IMG/VR virus record: IMGVR_UViG_2563366960_000002
Length of the DNA: 64,000 nucleotides
Source: a virus
Lineage: Duplodnaviria > Heunggongvirae > Uroviricota > Caudoviricetes
Reading direction: 5' to 3' (one strand)
In this document: one piece after another, positions 31,379 through 40,547 of the stretch
Position numbering within the stretch: the stretch's first letter is position 1
Layout of the letters: every line of letters begins with the position of its first letter
Made by a program: the position numbers and the translations under genes
The notes under the pieces: model-generated
Told to the model about the DNA's origin: nothing
Database searches by the model: none
Seen by the model: the letters and a program-made list of their open reading frames with translations, nothing else

Positions 31379-32194
31379 ATGAGCAAAAACTTTTTTCAAT
31401 CCGGGGCATTTTTGGGGAATGGACTGTCTCGTTTCGCTTTGAACTCTGATCCTGTGCAGCTGATGGAGTCTGCCCGAGCAAGCGCCGAACCGCCAACAGA
31501 TCCGGTTATTAATAATAATCCGGAACCGGCGGCACAGACTAACGATAACGTTCCATCTGCCCAGGCTCCTGAGCAAATCCTGGAAGGGAAAGACGGTAAA
31601 GAATGGACCGTCGAACAGGCGCACCAGATGATTCTGGAAGCTGCAAATCGAAGTGCTATGCAGAATGCGTTGAGTGATGCGGCCGACGCCGTTTTCGCCT
31701 GGGCTGATAGCGGTGATCTGACTTTCGACTCCCTTGATGGTTTCGTTCAGGCTATCGCTGGTATCTCTGATGACGACGACTCCGAAGTTACAGAAGAACA
31801 GGACGATGCCTATAACGAAGCATGGGCAAATGTTGCTGACTTCCTCGCAGCATGCGGTGTAGATGATGACCTGATCGAAGCACTGGCTGACGATGAAGAC
31901 GACGACGCTGCTGCTGATGTTGGTGCCTCTATCGCTGGTTTAGATAGCGACGACCGCGACGAACTGGAAGCGGCGTTTGTTGTTGCTGGCACTTCTGATG
32001 AAATGCTGACTGAAGCATTTAAGAAGGTTGTTCGTAACGGTGAGATCAAACTCATCCGTAAACGCCTGCGTAAAAAACGTCTGACTGCGGCTCAAAAATC
32101 GGCGCTGAAAAAAGCGCGTCGAAAAGCCCAGACCGGCGCGGCAAAACTTGCCCGCAAAAAGTCAATGAAACTGCGCCGTAAGCGCCTTGGCTAA
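31379..32194 (+). CDS. acidic virion-associated protein with basic C-terminal tail
   Basis: 271 aa; Asp/Glu-rich core and KRLRKKRLTAAQKSALKKARRKAQ C-terminus. Confidence 0.4.
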   Translation: MSKNFFQSGAFLGNGLSRFALNSDPVQLMESARASAEPPTDPVINNNPEPAAQTNDNVPSAQAPEQILEGKDGKEWTVEQAHQMILEAANRSAMQNALSDAADAVFAWADSGDLTFDSLDGFVQAIAGISDDDDSEVTEEQDDAYNEAWANVADFLAACGVDDDLIEALADDEDDDAAADVGASIAGLDSDDRDELEAAFVVAGTSDEMLTEAFKKVVRNGEIKLIRKRLRKKRLTAAQKSALKKARRKAQTGAAKLARKKSMKLRRKRLG

Positions 32195-32229
32195 AGGAGG
32201 AGGCCGGAGAACTCCGGCCTTTAACTTGA

Positions 32230-32811
32230 ATGGCTCCTATAGCTTATGGGGTTTACAGCCAGGCTGACGGTGTATCGCCATATCTGAAAGTTACTTTAAC
32301 GAACTCTCAGTACCAGGTTACCGGATATATCAGCCAGGGAGCGGCAATGAACATGGCCCAGAATTGGGAAGCGCCGTTTACCGGTATGTCCATGGGATCT
32401 GTTTCTGGTGCTCTGGGTGGTTTTGTGCAAGTAGGTACTGAAACAACGTCGGTTGCCCGTTGGAATAGCTTAATGGTTTGGGAAGGGGGGACTCCGCCGA
32501 CGTTCACGCTGCCTGTAACTTTCATTGCTTTGAACAATCCATTCATTGAAGTTTCAGGCGCTATCGCCGCGTTGACAGCCATGATTAGCCCGGAACTAAA
32601 AGCGGCCAATGTTGGTGGTCGAATCCCGGAGCGCGTGACGCTAAACATTGGTCGCCGGATCAACATCACCGATGTCGCCATCCAGGACTTAAGTTTTGAT
32701 CTCGATGCGCCAAGGGACAGTAATGGATATTTCCTGAAAAACACCGTCAACCTCCAGTTGACCGGTTCTTCGATATATAACAGCTCCGATATTGTTCGGG
32801 CGTTCCAGTAA
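32230..32811 (+). CDS. virion structural protein (tail tube candidate)
   Basis: 193-aa ORF with RBS, following the sheath-like gene. Confidence 0.35.
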   Translation: MAPIAYGVYSQADGVSPYLKVTLTNSQYQVTGYISQGAAMNMAQNWEAPFTGMSMGSVSGALGGFVQVGTETTSVARWNSLMVWEGGTPPTFTLPVTFIALNNPFIEVSGAIAALTAMISPELKAANVGGRIPERVTLNIGRRINITDVAIQDLSFDLDAPRDSNGYFLKNTVNLQLTGSSIYNSSDIVRAFQ

Positions 32812-32822
32812 AAGGATTTTAT

Positions 32823-33332
32823 ATGGGGCACAATAACACTAAGGGAAACCGTAAATTTATTAAGGGCCGCTATACTGCCAACGCGGCCAAAGGCGAACGA
32901 CTGGTATCTTCTGAATTCCAGCTCACTTTTGCAGGCCATGAAGATATCAGCGTACTGGTTCGCACGTCGCAAATCCCTGAAATGACCCGCGAGGATGTGG
33001 AGGACTATGGTCCGAATGGTGTGAAGTTCAACCAGCACGGTCCAATTCGAAACTCTGGGGAAATCCAGGTCCAGTGCGTGGAGACTATCGAAGGCGATAT
33101 TCTTCAGTTCATTAAAGATCGCATTGCGGCGAAGGACTATGTTGATATCACGATGGCTGCTACCCCTGAATCCAAATCTTCCGGGGTTAACGCTGTGACA
33201 AAAGCTGCTACAACAATTGAAATGTTGGACTGCAAAATCTACAGTGATGCAATCGACTTTAGTACCGAAGATGTGACTGCTGCTGTGCGTCCGTCACTTC
33301 GTATTGTCTACAACTGGATTGAGTGGGATTAA
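32823..33332 (+). CDS. virion structural protein
   Basis: 169-aa ORF, last gene before a strong terminator. Confidence 0.35.
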   Translation: MGHNNTKGNRKFIKGRYTANAAKGERLVSSEFQLTFAGHEDISVLVRTSQIPEMTREDVEDYGPNGVKFNQHGPIRNSGEIQVQCVETIEGDILQFIKDRIAAKDYVDITMAATPESKSSGVNAVTKAATTIEMLDCKIYSDAIDFSTEDVTAAVRPSLRIVYNWIEWD

Positions 33333-33360
33333 GAGTCATCACTTGTATTTTAAAGCTCCT

Positions 33361-33388
33361 ACGGGAGCTTTTTTTTATAACTATTTTA
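33361..33388 (+). terminator. rho-independent terminator
   Basis: AAAGCTCCTACGGGAGCTTT hairpin followed by an 8-T run. Confidence 0.65.
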
Positions 33389-33503
33389 TATAAAAATGCA
33401 TTGATAACATTGTCTGGAGTTTTATGTTAGATTATTAATGTTCTAATAAACTACAATTATTGAGGTAGAGGTTTGTGCCTGTCTGTTAAAGGGGGACTCT
33501 AAA

Positions 33504-34100
33504 ATGGCTGTGATTCCAATGTCGTACTCCCCGGGTACTGTCGCTCGTCGATTTTCGATCCTGGACGGAGTTACCATCCAGGGTGTGCTTTACCAGGTTA
33601 TATGGGATTCCAAAACCCCATTTGCAGCTGTAATAGAGGCTGCGCCTTCTGTTATCGATGGTGATATGCGGCATAAGGTTGTCGCTACTCTTGAACTTCA
33701 ACGTCGCCCGCAGCTTGAAGGTGTACTGGTAAGGAGGTTCTGGGAGGATAGTGATGTTGCCCAAATTGAAGGTATCGTGGTTGATGGAACCGTCCGTGAT
33801 GTCGGTTTAGCTACTTTTGTTTACGAAACCGTAGCCTCAAAAGCTGGTGTTGTTTTGCTTAGTGATAATGAGCAATACGAAGGTGGAAAAGCTCTTTGGC
33901 AACACATCGCCCGTCGCTCTTCCGAGCTAAAAGTGTTTATCCTCGACACCGATGCCGCTCAGTATTACCCGTTTGACGGCGAACGTGTTTGCTATGACGG
34001 GGTAAGTATTCCTGAATCTGAGATATGGAGTGAACACCCAGATCGAAGTAAGCATGGGGTTGTTCTTGTCGCTGAATCCATAACTGGAAAGGCGGCATAG
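33504..34100 (+). CDS. hypothetical protein (possible GNAT-like fold)
   Basis: 198-aa ORF with GGGGGA RBS downstream of an AT-rich promoter-like region. Confidence 0.35.
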   Translation: MAVIPMSYSPGTVARRFSILDGVTIQGVLYQVIWDSKTPFAAVIEAAPSVIDGDMRHKVVATLELQRRPQLEGVLVRRFWEDSDVAQIEGIVVDGTVRDVGLATFVYETVASKAGVVLLSDNEQYEGGKALWQHIARRSSELKVFILDTDAAQYYPFDGERVCYDGVSIPESEIWSEHPDRSKHGVVLVAESITGKAA

Positions 34101-34388
34101 CAGTAAAATTCCTTGCTCCTTAAAAGGGGAGAGGGTTAATCTAGATATGCTAAGCATGGATATGGCCTCAGATTAATGTTAAGCGTCTTGCAGGACGCGT
34201 AATGTTATCTGGGGCTTTCTTCTGTTATTTGTTTGAGTGCTAGGTAGCAAAGAGAGCTAGCATTCATCAGGCAAATCTATCAATAAATAGCGTTAGTTTT
34301 TGTTGTGTGTATGTTTCTTTATTGTTATTGTGTTGTTTGTTTTTTGGACAACGCAATTCCTATAATCTATAGAATAAAGGAAGTATAT

Positions 34389-34676
34389 ATGGCTGATGTA
34401 CGCATTACTTGCATTACCCTCTCCGGCTCGCAATCAATCCATGAGCATATTACTCATGTGGGAAGTCCTCAATTTAATACTAGCAATGGGAAATGGACTG
34501 TTGAGCAGGTAATTAATGCTATTGATAATAATCTCCATACATTCTATGTAACAGATAATGCAGGTAATCGTGTAGAAGTTGGGGTTGTTAATCCTGGTAA
34601 TGGTGGAAGGCAGTTTATTAGAACGTATGCAGACAATCGATGGAATAATAATTTACTATCGCTACCAGTCTGTTAA
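34389..34676 (+). CDS. DUF3892-like small protein
   Basis: ATG at 34389 with AAGGAAG RBS; HEHITHV and C-terminal NNLLSLPVC resemble DUF3892 as I recall it. Confidence 0.4.
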   Translation: MADVRITCITLSGSQSIHEHITHVGSPQFNTSNGKWTVEQVINAIDNNLHTFYVTDNAGNRVEVGVVNPGNGGRQFIRTYADNRWNNNLLSLPVC

Positions 34677-34687
34677 TGTAATTTTAT

Positions 34688-34722
34688 AAAAAAGGCTGCA
34701 ACCTCTGTTGCAGCCTTTTTTT
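34688..34722. terminator. bidirectional rho-independent terminator
   Basis: AAAAAGGCTGCAACCTCTGTTGCAGCCTTTTTTT between convergent genes. Confidence 0.65.
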
Positions 34723-34746
34723 AGCTATTATGACTGAGATAAGCCA

Positions 34747-35802
34747 CTATAAACTCTGAACAAGACGTTCGATTGCTGCACCATATCTTTCTAATGGTTC
34801 ATTATTGATTTGTGGCTCAGTGTCATGGATCTGATATCTGCCTGGTTTTATATCAAATAGAGGTCTTCCTAGATGGGAAGATACTATAGCTACGGAATGG
34901 TTATCTGGCACAGTAAACGTTTTTAAATTTCCGCCTTGGAACGCTGTTGGTTTATTCGTCCGCAGATTTTCAGCTCTATCCCTGATTTCGTCGAACATTG
35001 CCGAAAACGCTTTACTTGCTCGTTTGTCATACTCTGTCGAACGATTAAAAACTAGAGAATGAATGACAGGAACCGCTAGACCAAACTGTTGACACCGATC
35101 GTAAAAGTTAACAGAACGATAATCGTTTTGTACTCCAACGCCATAAACCAACTGGCTTAGGTTATCCACTGCTCGAGCCGAAGAACCATCACTTGAGCAA
35201 GGTATTATAATTGCATTTGCTGCTATCAGTGATAGTTCGGTATAGGCAGAGAAACTGGGGTTGCAATCAATAAAGCAAATGGTTTCTTCGATACCTTGTT
35301 GTTGTGCACATGCAACAAGCAAATCTCGTAGCCACAGGTGGATGCTTTTCCATGAGTCAACTGGTAAGTTTACGCTGCTTAACTGATTGATTACTTGCGC
35401 CTGAACTTCCAGGCTTGGGTCGCCTGCAATCAAAAATACATTGTCAGGGACATGCCCGTTAATTTCAGAGACATGAATTAAGAAACTTGTTTCTGAACCG
35501 GTAAGCATGTGGGGGCTGCGAGTTCTTCTGTCAAAGTACCCACCGACAGTTTTTCGTTGTTGAATTAAGCTCGCGAGGTTAGCAGCACCAGTACCGTTAC
35601 CACCGAGCAATATTTCAGATAAGTTAGCCTGCGGACACATATCTGCAAAAATAATACGCTTTTCTGGATTTTGCCTTGCGTATTCACAGGCCATAGCGAA
35701 AGATAAGTAGGTCTTTCCTACGCCACCTTTATTATTCCAAATAGCATACGATTTCATGGTATCCCCGGCGTTATCTGCTGTTTGTGTGCCAGCATAAGTC
35801 AT
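34747..35802 (-). CDS. orphan ParA/MinD-family ATPase with about 100-aa C-terminal extension
   Basis: Deviant Walker A NNKGGVGKT; probable start at MKSYAIW (GGGGA RBS); no adjacent ParB; downstream of repL. Confidence 0.55.
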   Translation of the reverse strand: MTYAGTQTADNAGDTMKSYAIWNNKGGVGKTYLSFAMACEYARQNPEKRIIFADMCPQANLSEILLGGNGTGAANLASLIQQRKTVGGYFDRRTRSPHMLTGSETSFLIHVSEINGHVPDNVFLIAGDPSLEVQAQVINQLSSVNLPVDSWKSIHLWLRDLLVACAQQQGIEETICFIDCNPSFSAYTELSLIAANAIIIPCSSDGSSARAVDNLSQLVYGVGVQNDYRSVNFYDRCQQFGLAVPVIHSLVFNRSTEYDKRASKAFSAMFDEIRDRAENLRTNKPTAFQGGNLKTFTVPDNHSVAIVSSHLGRPLFDIKPGRYQIHDTEPQINNEPLERYGAAIERLVQSL

Positions 35803-36049
35803 TATGCATCTCCATTACTATCCATGAATTGAGTCAAAAAATATGTAAAAGTAGCAATGTATCACTCTTTTACTCATTATAAACGTTACAAGTTGTGATG
35901 GTTAGCTGTGTTTTTATCAGTACAAGTTTTGATCTGGCTTTGGGTTTTTATATATGGATATGTCTCAAAGATGCCCTGCAAAAGCGATCGCTAACTGTAA
36001 AAAATCAGATTGCATCTCCGACCTCAAACTGAAAACGCCAGGTGACTCC

Positions 36050-36062
36050 AGATTAGAGCAAT
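36050..36062 (-). promoter_or_regulatory. C1-operator-like element (conserved ATTGCTCTAAT core only)
   Basis: Reverse complement ATTGCTCTAATCT at the repL stop, upstream of the ParA-like gene. Confidence 0.3.
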
Positions 36063-36065
36063 CTA

Positions 36066-36911
36066 TCACCCTCTGAATCCTGCCGGTATACCCCATTGTT
36101 CGTTATCTTTATTTTTGGCTAAAACCGCATTAAGAGCTTTGTTTACCGTCATGCAATGCGGCAGATTATCGAAGTTTGATATCCCGCAAATATCAGGAGA
36201 ACGCTTGTTCTTCAGGTAAGCATATTTCCGCGCTGCCGCCTCTACTTTCTGCTTGAACTCATGTTTTTGAGCGCGTTTTTTGGATAACCGCAGATTGTCA
36301 GCCTTTGCTTTTGCCTCAGCGATCCATGAAGTCAATTTTTTGAGTCTGGTCGTTCCGGCACCGCCGGAAACTGATCTTTTTGTTTTTTTAACTTGTGACT
36401 TCTTATTCTTTATTGCCACGTCATCCTGACAGGGGGAGGGGGTATCATTTTGACATGGGGGTGTGGATAAAAAATCAAATAAAGCCAATGTATTAGCGAG
36501 AACAGCTTTAACCTTGGTTGCGGCTGAAGAGATCTTTAATTTGCTTTCAATCAGCGCGTTTTTAGCGTGTTGTGCGAAGGCCAAAAAGGATGGTGTAAAC
36601 CGGTACAGGTTAGCGCGGCGTTCACGGTGATCGCCGATAACAATCTCTACAGACAGGATTCCTTTGTTTACAGCTTCACGGAATGCACGAACGACGGTTG
36701 ATTGACTATAACCAGTTTCTGCCGCGATCAGGCGGTGAGGCTTGTGAATGAAGTATTCACTGGTTGTTGCCGCGAGATTTGCACATTGCGACAGGATATG
36801 CCCGGCGCTACGGGATAGACCGGAGTGTGTTACAAAGCAGGCCAATTCATAGCCAGAAAAAGTAAAATCGCTCATCGTTATACAGCTCAGGAAAGTGACT
36901 TTAGCCAGCAT
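36066..36911 (-). CDS. repL: lytic replication initiator (P1 RepL-like)
   Basis: 281 aa; position downstream of kilA under an Op53-like operator; size matches P1 RepL. Confidence 0.75.
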   Translation of the reverse strand: MLAKVTFLSCITMSDFTFSGYELACFVTHSGLSRSAGHILSQCANLAATTSEYFIHKPHRLIAAETGYSQSTVVRAFREAVNKGILSVEIVIGDHRERRANLYRFTPSFLAFAQHAKNALIESKLKISSAATKVKAVLANTLALFDFLSTPPCQNDTPSPCQDDVAIKNKKSQVKKTKRSVSGGAGTTRLKKLTSWIAEAKAKADNLRLSKKRAQKHEFKQKVEAAARKYAYLKNKRSPDICGISNFDNLPHCMTVNKALNAVLAKNKDNEQWGIPAGFRG

Positions 36912-36940
36912 TACAATGCTGGTGGTTCTTACTACGTCTG

Positions 36941-37741
36941 TTAGCGCGTTGCCGCGACAGGTACCAGCACACCAGCATCAAGCAATCGCTTCATCAGCCA
37001 CTGCTGACCTTTGCCGGTTATACGAGTCGTGAAAGAAATCCTGCTTCCATTGCTTGTATCGATCACGGTTTCTTTAAGGGTGAAATACCCACGGGATATG
37101 TATTCTTGTTTGGGGACGTTCCTGCGTTCACCGGTTGCGATCAGAATTCCGTTATCACGCAACCAGGTGAAGAGATAGTTTTGGCCCAGGCCGAGCACTT
37201 TGGCATAGTTGCCGATTAGAACCCCGCTGGCGGTAGCAACGCGTTCGGCGAATTCGACTTTAGGTGCATCCATCAGCATTTTTTGCTCCAGCCGTTGCTT
37301 TTGCTCTGCCAGGTCGGCAGCCAAACGGAGAGCTTCTGGGAGGCTCTTCGGAATAGCAGGTTGTAATCTTCCAGCTCGATAGTCGATAAATGTCTGGTTT
37401 ACCTTCAGCCGAAACGCGGGAGAAATCCAACCAGCGTACTCCACTGCGAGCAATTCATGGGCAAAAGTGCCGCCGCCACGGCCTTCGAACGAAACTATGC
37501 AATTCTGCATAGTTTCTTTTTCAAGCTCTTCGATGAGCTGTTTTGCTGACAGCGTTCTTAGCCATTGAGCTGGCGCTTTATGGGCACCGAGTCCGCTCGC
37601 TCTGTGTAGAGCATTAAGGTTGTAACGGCCAGCGCGGTCGGTCGTAATTTCAACACCACAAATAACGGGCAGAGTGGTTGAAGGATCGACATTTTGATGA
37701 AGGTTTGATATATTCATATCCGCATTGAATGTTTGTTGCAT
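36941..37741 (-). CDS. kilA: KilA-like protein (KilA-N plus KilA-C/ANT domains)
   Basis: 266 aa; C-terminal 110 residues homologous to the C-terminus of the upstream Ant-like protein. Confidence 0.6.
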   Translation of the reverse strand: MQQTFNADMNISNLHQNVDPSTTLPVICGVEITTDRAGRYNLNALHRASGLGAHKAPAQWLRTLSAKQLIEELEKETMQNCIVSFEGRGGGTFAHELLAVEYAGWISPAFRLKVNQTFIDYRAGRLQPAIPKSLPEALRLAADLAEQKQRLEQKMLMDAPKVEFAERVATASGVLIGNYAKVLGLGQNYLFTWLRDNGILIATGERRNVPKQEYISRGYFTLKETVIDTSNGSRISFTTRITGKGQQWLMKRLLDAGVLVPVAATR

Positions 37742-37810
37742 TTTTTCTCCAAATTTGCATCAACCTTCAATCACCAGCTCGAAATGGTGATTCTTTGCAC
37801 TTAGAAAACG

Positions 37811-37827
37811 AAATTTATTAGAGCAAA
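37811..37827 (-). promoter_or_regulatory. C1 operator (Op53-like) controlling kilA-repL
   Basis: Reverse complement TTGCTCTAATAAATTT, 16 of 16 aligned positions. Confidence 0.6.
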
Positions 37828-37904
37828 TTTTTCTGACTCGATCCAGATCGGGTTGGACGATCTGCTCAGAAACCTGCCAGTTTGCTGGCAGGTTTTTTCT
37901 TTTG

Positions 37905-38942
37905 TTAACCTATTGCTACTGGTTTTAACAAACCAGCATCAAGTAGCTTGCGAGTTAACCACTGCTGGCCTTTACCCGTTAATTGGGGCGTCAGCCGTAT
38001 CTGGTAGCCATTTTCATCATCCAGCACCACTTCTTTCACCGTGAAATACCCGGCGTTAATGTACTGCTGGCGCGGTACGTTTTTGCGCGCACCAAAAGCC
38101 ATGAGAATGCCGTTCTGGCGCAACCATGAGAAAAGGGCGTTTTGCTTAAGTCCAACGACCTTTGCAAAGTTCCCGATCAGGATTCCATTAGCCGCTGATA
38201 CCCGGTCGGCAAAATCGACTTTAGGGGTTGCGGCCACCAGCTGTTGTTCCAACTGCATTTTCTGTTCTGCCAACTCGGCAGCCAGGCGTAGAGCTTCTGG
38301 TAATGTTTGGGGGATCGATGGGGCAGGGGAGTTTGCCTGCTGCAATTCTTCCAGTTTGTCGATCAGCGAACGGCGGACCGCTTTTGACTCGCGCGCGGCG
38401 ACTCGCAGGGCTTGTTTGAAAGTCATGGTTATGACAAGCATTGATGTTTTGTTCATTTTTTCCACTACACTTTTTGTGTAGTGCTCACCATCAAGCTCAT
38501 CGAGTATTTTTTCGATGAATTTGTTGTTCCGAACCTCTGGTTCCCCACATAACTTACGCGCTTCATTGACCATCTTTAACAGTGTCAGGCTGTCGATTGT
38601 GTCTCCGGTGTTGGAGATAACATTCACTGCTGGTGATGGCGTAGCTGAAGCAACAGGTGCTGGTTTTTCAACATTCAAATTATTACCGGTCATTCTGCGC
38701 GCCTCCTTTCTCATTTCTGCTGCCACTGTTGCGTAACGTAGACGTCCTTGTTCAATCAAATAATCCCTGATCTCGGCTATCAGTAGCCTGTTGATCACAG
38801 CCTTATCTGTTCGGGTATAAAAACGTCTGGTTATCATGAAATAGTTGGCAATTGCGCCGGGGATCTCCCGTGTCGGCATACAGGTTGTATGCAAAGCGAT
38901 CGCTTCGGCTATTTCATTACGGGTGACGAGAGGTGTTTTCAT
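37905..38942 (-). CDS. ant1: antirepressor Ant (Ant1 form; in-frame internal start would give Ant2)
   Basis: 345 aa with C-terminal KilA-C/ANT domain; immediately downstream of the icd-like ORF. Confidence 0.6.
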   Translation of the reverse strand: MKTPLVTRNEIAEAIALHTTCMPTREIPGAIANYFMITRRFYTRTDKAVINRLLIAEIRDYLIEQGRLRYATVAAEMRKEARRMTGNNLNVEKPAPVASATPSPAVNVISNTGDTIDSLTLLKMVNEARKLCGEPEVRNNKFIEKILDELDGEHYTKSVVEKMNKTSMLVITMTFKQALRVAARESKAVRRSLIDKLEELQQANSPAPSIPQTLPEALRLAAELAEQKMQLEQQLVAATPKVDFADRVSAANGILIGNFAKVVGLKQNALFSWLRQNGILMAFGARKNVPRQQYINAGYFTVKEVVLDDENGYQIRLTPQLTGKGQQWLTRKLLDAGLLKPVAIG

Positions 38943-39160
38943 AAACCCCCCTGAACGTCGGCAGAGAAGGGGAGGCTCCAGTAACTAAGTGAATTGCGCG
39001 AGTCAGTTGAAAAACGGGCAGTAAAAATGCAGGGGCCATCAGGCAATTGAGAGCGTGCTTCGTCTTCTGTTGCTGCGATAACGAAGTGATAGTGACGTTT
39101 TTGGCAGGAGTAAAAGCGCCAGATAAATTCAGGATGAGTTTGGGTAGGGGTAGTAGCCAC
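38939..39160 (-). CDS. icd: Icd-like cell-division inhibitor
   Basis: 73-aa ORF (the size I recall for P1 Icd), GTG start with AGGAGG RBS, overlapping the ant start. Confidence 0.5.
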   Translation of the reverse strand: MATTPTQTHPEFIWRFYSCQKRHYHFVIAATEDEARSQLPDGPCIFTARFSTDSRNSLSYWSLPFSADVQGGL

Positions 39161-39342
39161 AATGGCAGCCTCCTTTTGCTAATTTAAGGAGCTACCGCGT
39201 GAGGTTCCAATCTCAATGGCGGTAGCACTGACTGGGTTGGAACTACCGGCGCAAAAGGGAACCGGCCTGCCTTTCGGCAGCCCAGCCAGCACTACCATTG
39301 ATCTCGGAGCTATGTGCTACGTATGGCTGTGCGATGGCATGA

Positions 39343-39420
39343 CACAAAAAAGACGCTTTTGGCGTCTGTGTCGCCTTTTGCATTATCCGGGGTTCCAATC
39401 CCGGCATCCGTTTTACTAAG
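39343..39420 (-). ncRNA. candidate c4-type antisense regulatory RNA with intrinsic terminator
   Basis: On the - strand: hairpin GCCGGGATTGGAACCCCGG, then GACGCCAAAAGCGTC followed by TTTTTT, between the Op51-like operator and icd; boundaries not resolved. Confidence 0.3.
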
Positions 39421-39493
39421 ATGCCTGTTTAGGATAAACCGAAAATGCATTAGCACGCAAGAAAGTTAATGTAGCATATGAAGCTAAAAAAAC

Positions 39494-39510
39494 AAAATAA
39501 TTAGAGCAAT
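39494..39510 (-). promoter_or_regulatory. C1 operator (Op51-like) at the immI promoter
   Basis: Reverse complement ATTGCTCTAATTATTTT. Confidence 0.55.
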
Positions 39511-39656
39511 TTGCAACCGTGCGAATTATTTCTCAGGTAACTAAAATACATAACTTTAATTGATATAGATCAAAGATTTTGACCATTGCATGGTGAAACT
39601 TTGTGCTACAAAATGTTATTTTAAGGCGTTTTATCTGTGACAGGAGATAGTTAATC

Positions 39657-40007
39657 ATGTCATCTGAACATGTTCGTAAAGGTGTAACAAATGCGAAATT
39701 CAATGAAGAGCAATCTAATATTCTCTTTATTGAAATAGGAATTCTGTCAATACTGATAGGTTTAATATCTAAATCATGGTGGGCTTTTGGCGGTTCTTTT
39801 CTTGGACTGATTTTTAGTTTAAGAATAAAATTTCTGGCAATTCCATTGATGATTGTTTTTAGCTTAGTATGGGGAGCTATTGGCTATAGTATTGGTACTT
39901 TGTTTGAATCAACAGCAGCAAGTATTGTTTTGGGGGTAATTGCTTTCCTGAGTGGCTTGGGGACTCATTTTGCTGCCGTGCAATGGGCAAATGATATTGC
40001 AGAATAA
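39657..40007 (+). CDS. small four-helix membrane protein (cargo cassette gene 1)
   Basis: 116 aa; AGGAG RBS; four hydrophobic segments; AT-rich codon usage. Confidence 0.5.
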   Translation: MSSEHVRKGVTNAKFNEEQSNILFIEIGILSILIGLISKSWWAFGGSFLGLIFSLRIKFLAIPLMIVFSLVWGAIGYSIGTLFESTAASIVLGVIAFLSGLGTHFAAVQWANDIAE

Positions 40008-40029
40008 TTACAGATAAGAAGCGAAAATA

Positions 40030-40506
40030 ATGAATATGAGATTGTTTTTATTGTTTGTATCGTTAATTTCAGCAGGAGCATTTGCAAAAATTGATCCTCT
40101 ACAATGGAATGTGATTGAAGAGAGAGGGGGGAGAGAATATACAATCCATAATCATAATGGTGATAAGATAAGTTTTTTATGTGATATGGGATTCATGTAT
40201 GGTTCACCAGATAGTGCAGGTAGTTTAGGCTTGTTGCTAAGTTCGTCGAATAATAAAAAGGAGTATAATGCTGACAAGAATAAAATAGTATTAACTATAG
40301 ATGGTGAGCAATACCCTTTTAGCAATCTTGGGTCAATGGTTGGAGATTCTTGGTGGTATGCCTTTTGGCAAGATGCAGCAGATTCAAGTGCTAATATGAT
40401 TGATGCTTATGTTGATGATGAAAAAATTGCTACATTCCCTCTTTCTGGGCTAAGTAAGTTGTATCAACAAGCCAAAATGGATGGATGCATTAAACGAGGA
40501 AAATGA
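40030..40506 (+). CDS. secreted/periplasmic protein (cargo cassette gene 2)
   Basis: 158 aa; signal peptide MNMRLFLLFVSLISAGAFA; hydrophilic mature part with two Cys. Confidence 0.5.
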   Translation: MNMRLFLLFVSLISAGAFAKIDPLQWNVIEERGGREYTIHNHNGDKISFLCDMGFMYGSPDSAGSLGLLLSSSNNKKEYNADKNKIVLTIDGEQYPFSNLGSMVGDSWWYAFWQDAADSSANMIDAYVDDEKIATFPLSGLSKLYQQAKMDGCIKRGK

Positions 40507-40547
40507 TCTTTCTGTGTTAAAGATTAACGCAATCAATAAAACATTGG

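Noticed and set aside
25573-35802. Second ParA-like gene (34747-35802) as a duplicate partition system
   Set aside because: It has no ParB partner or centromere-like repeats and a different C-terminal extension; treated as an orphan ATPase of unknown role rather than a partition locus.
39216-39419. 67-aa plus-strand ORF upstream of icd
   Set aside because: It lies antisense to the immunity-region leader where a structured regulatory RNA and terminator are expected; no RBS.
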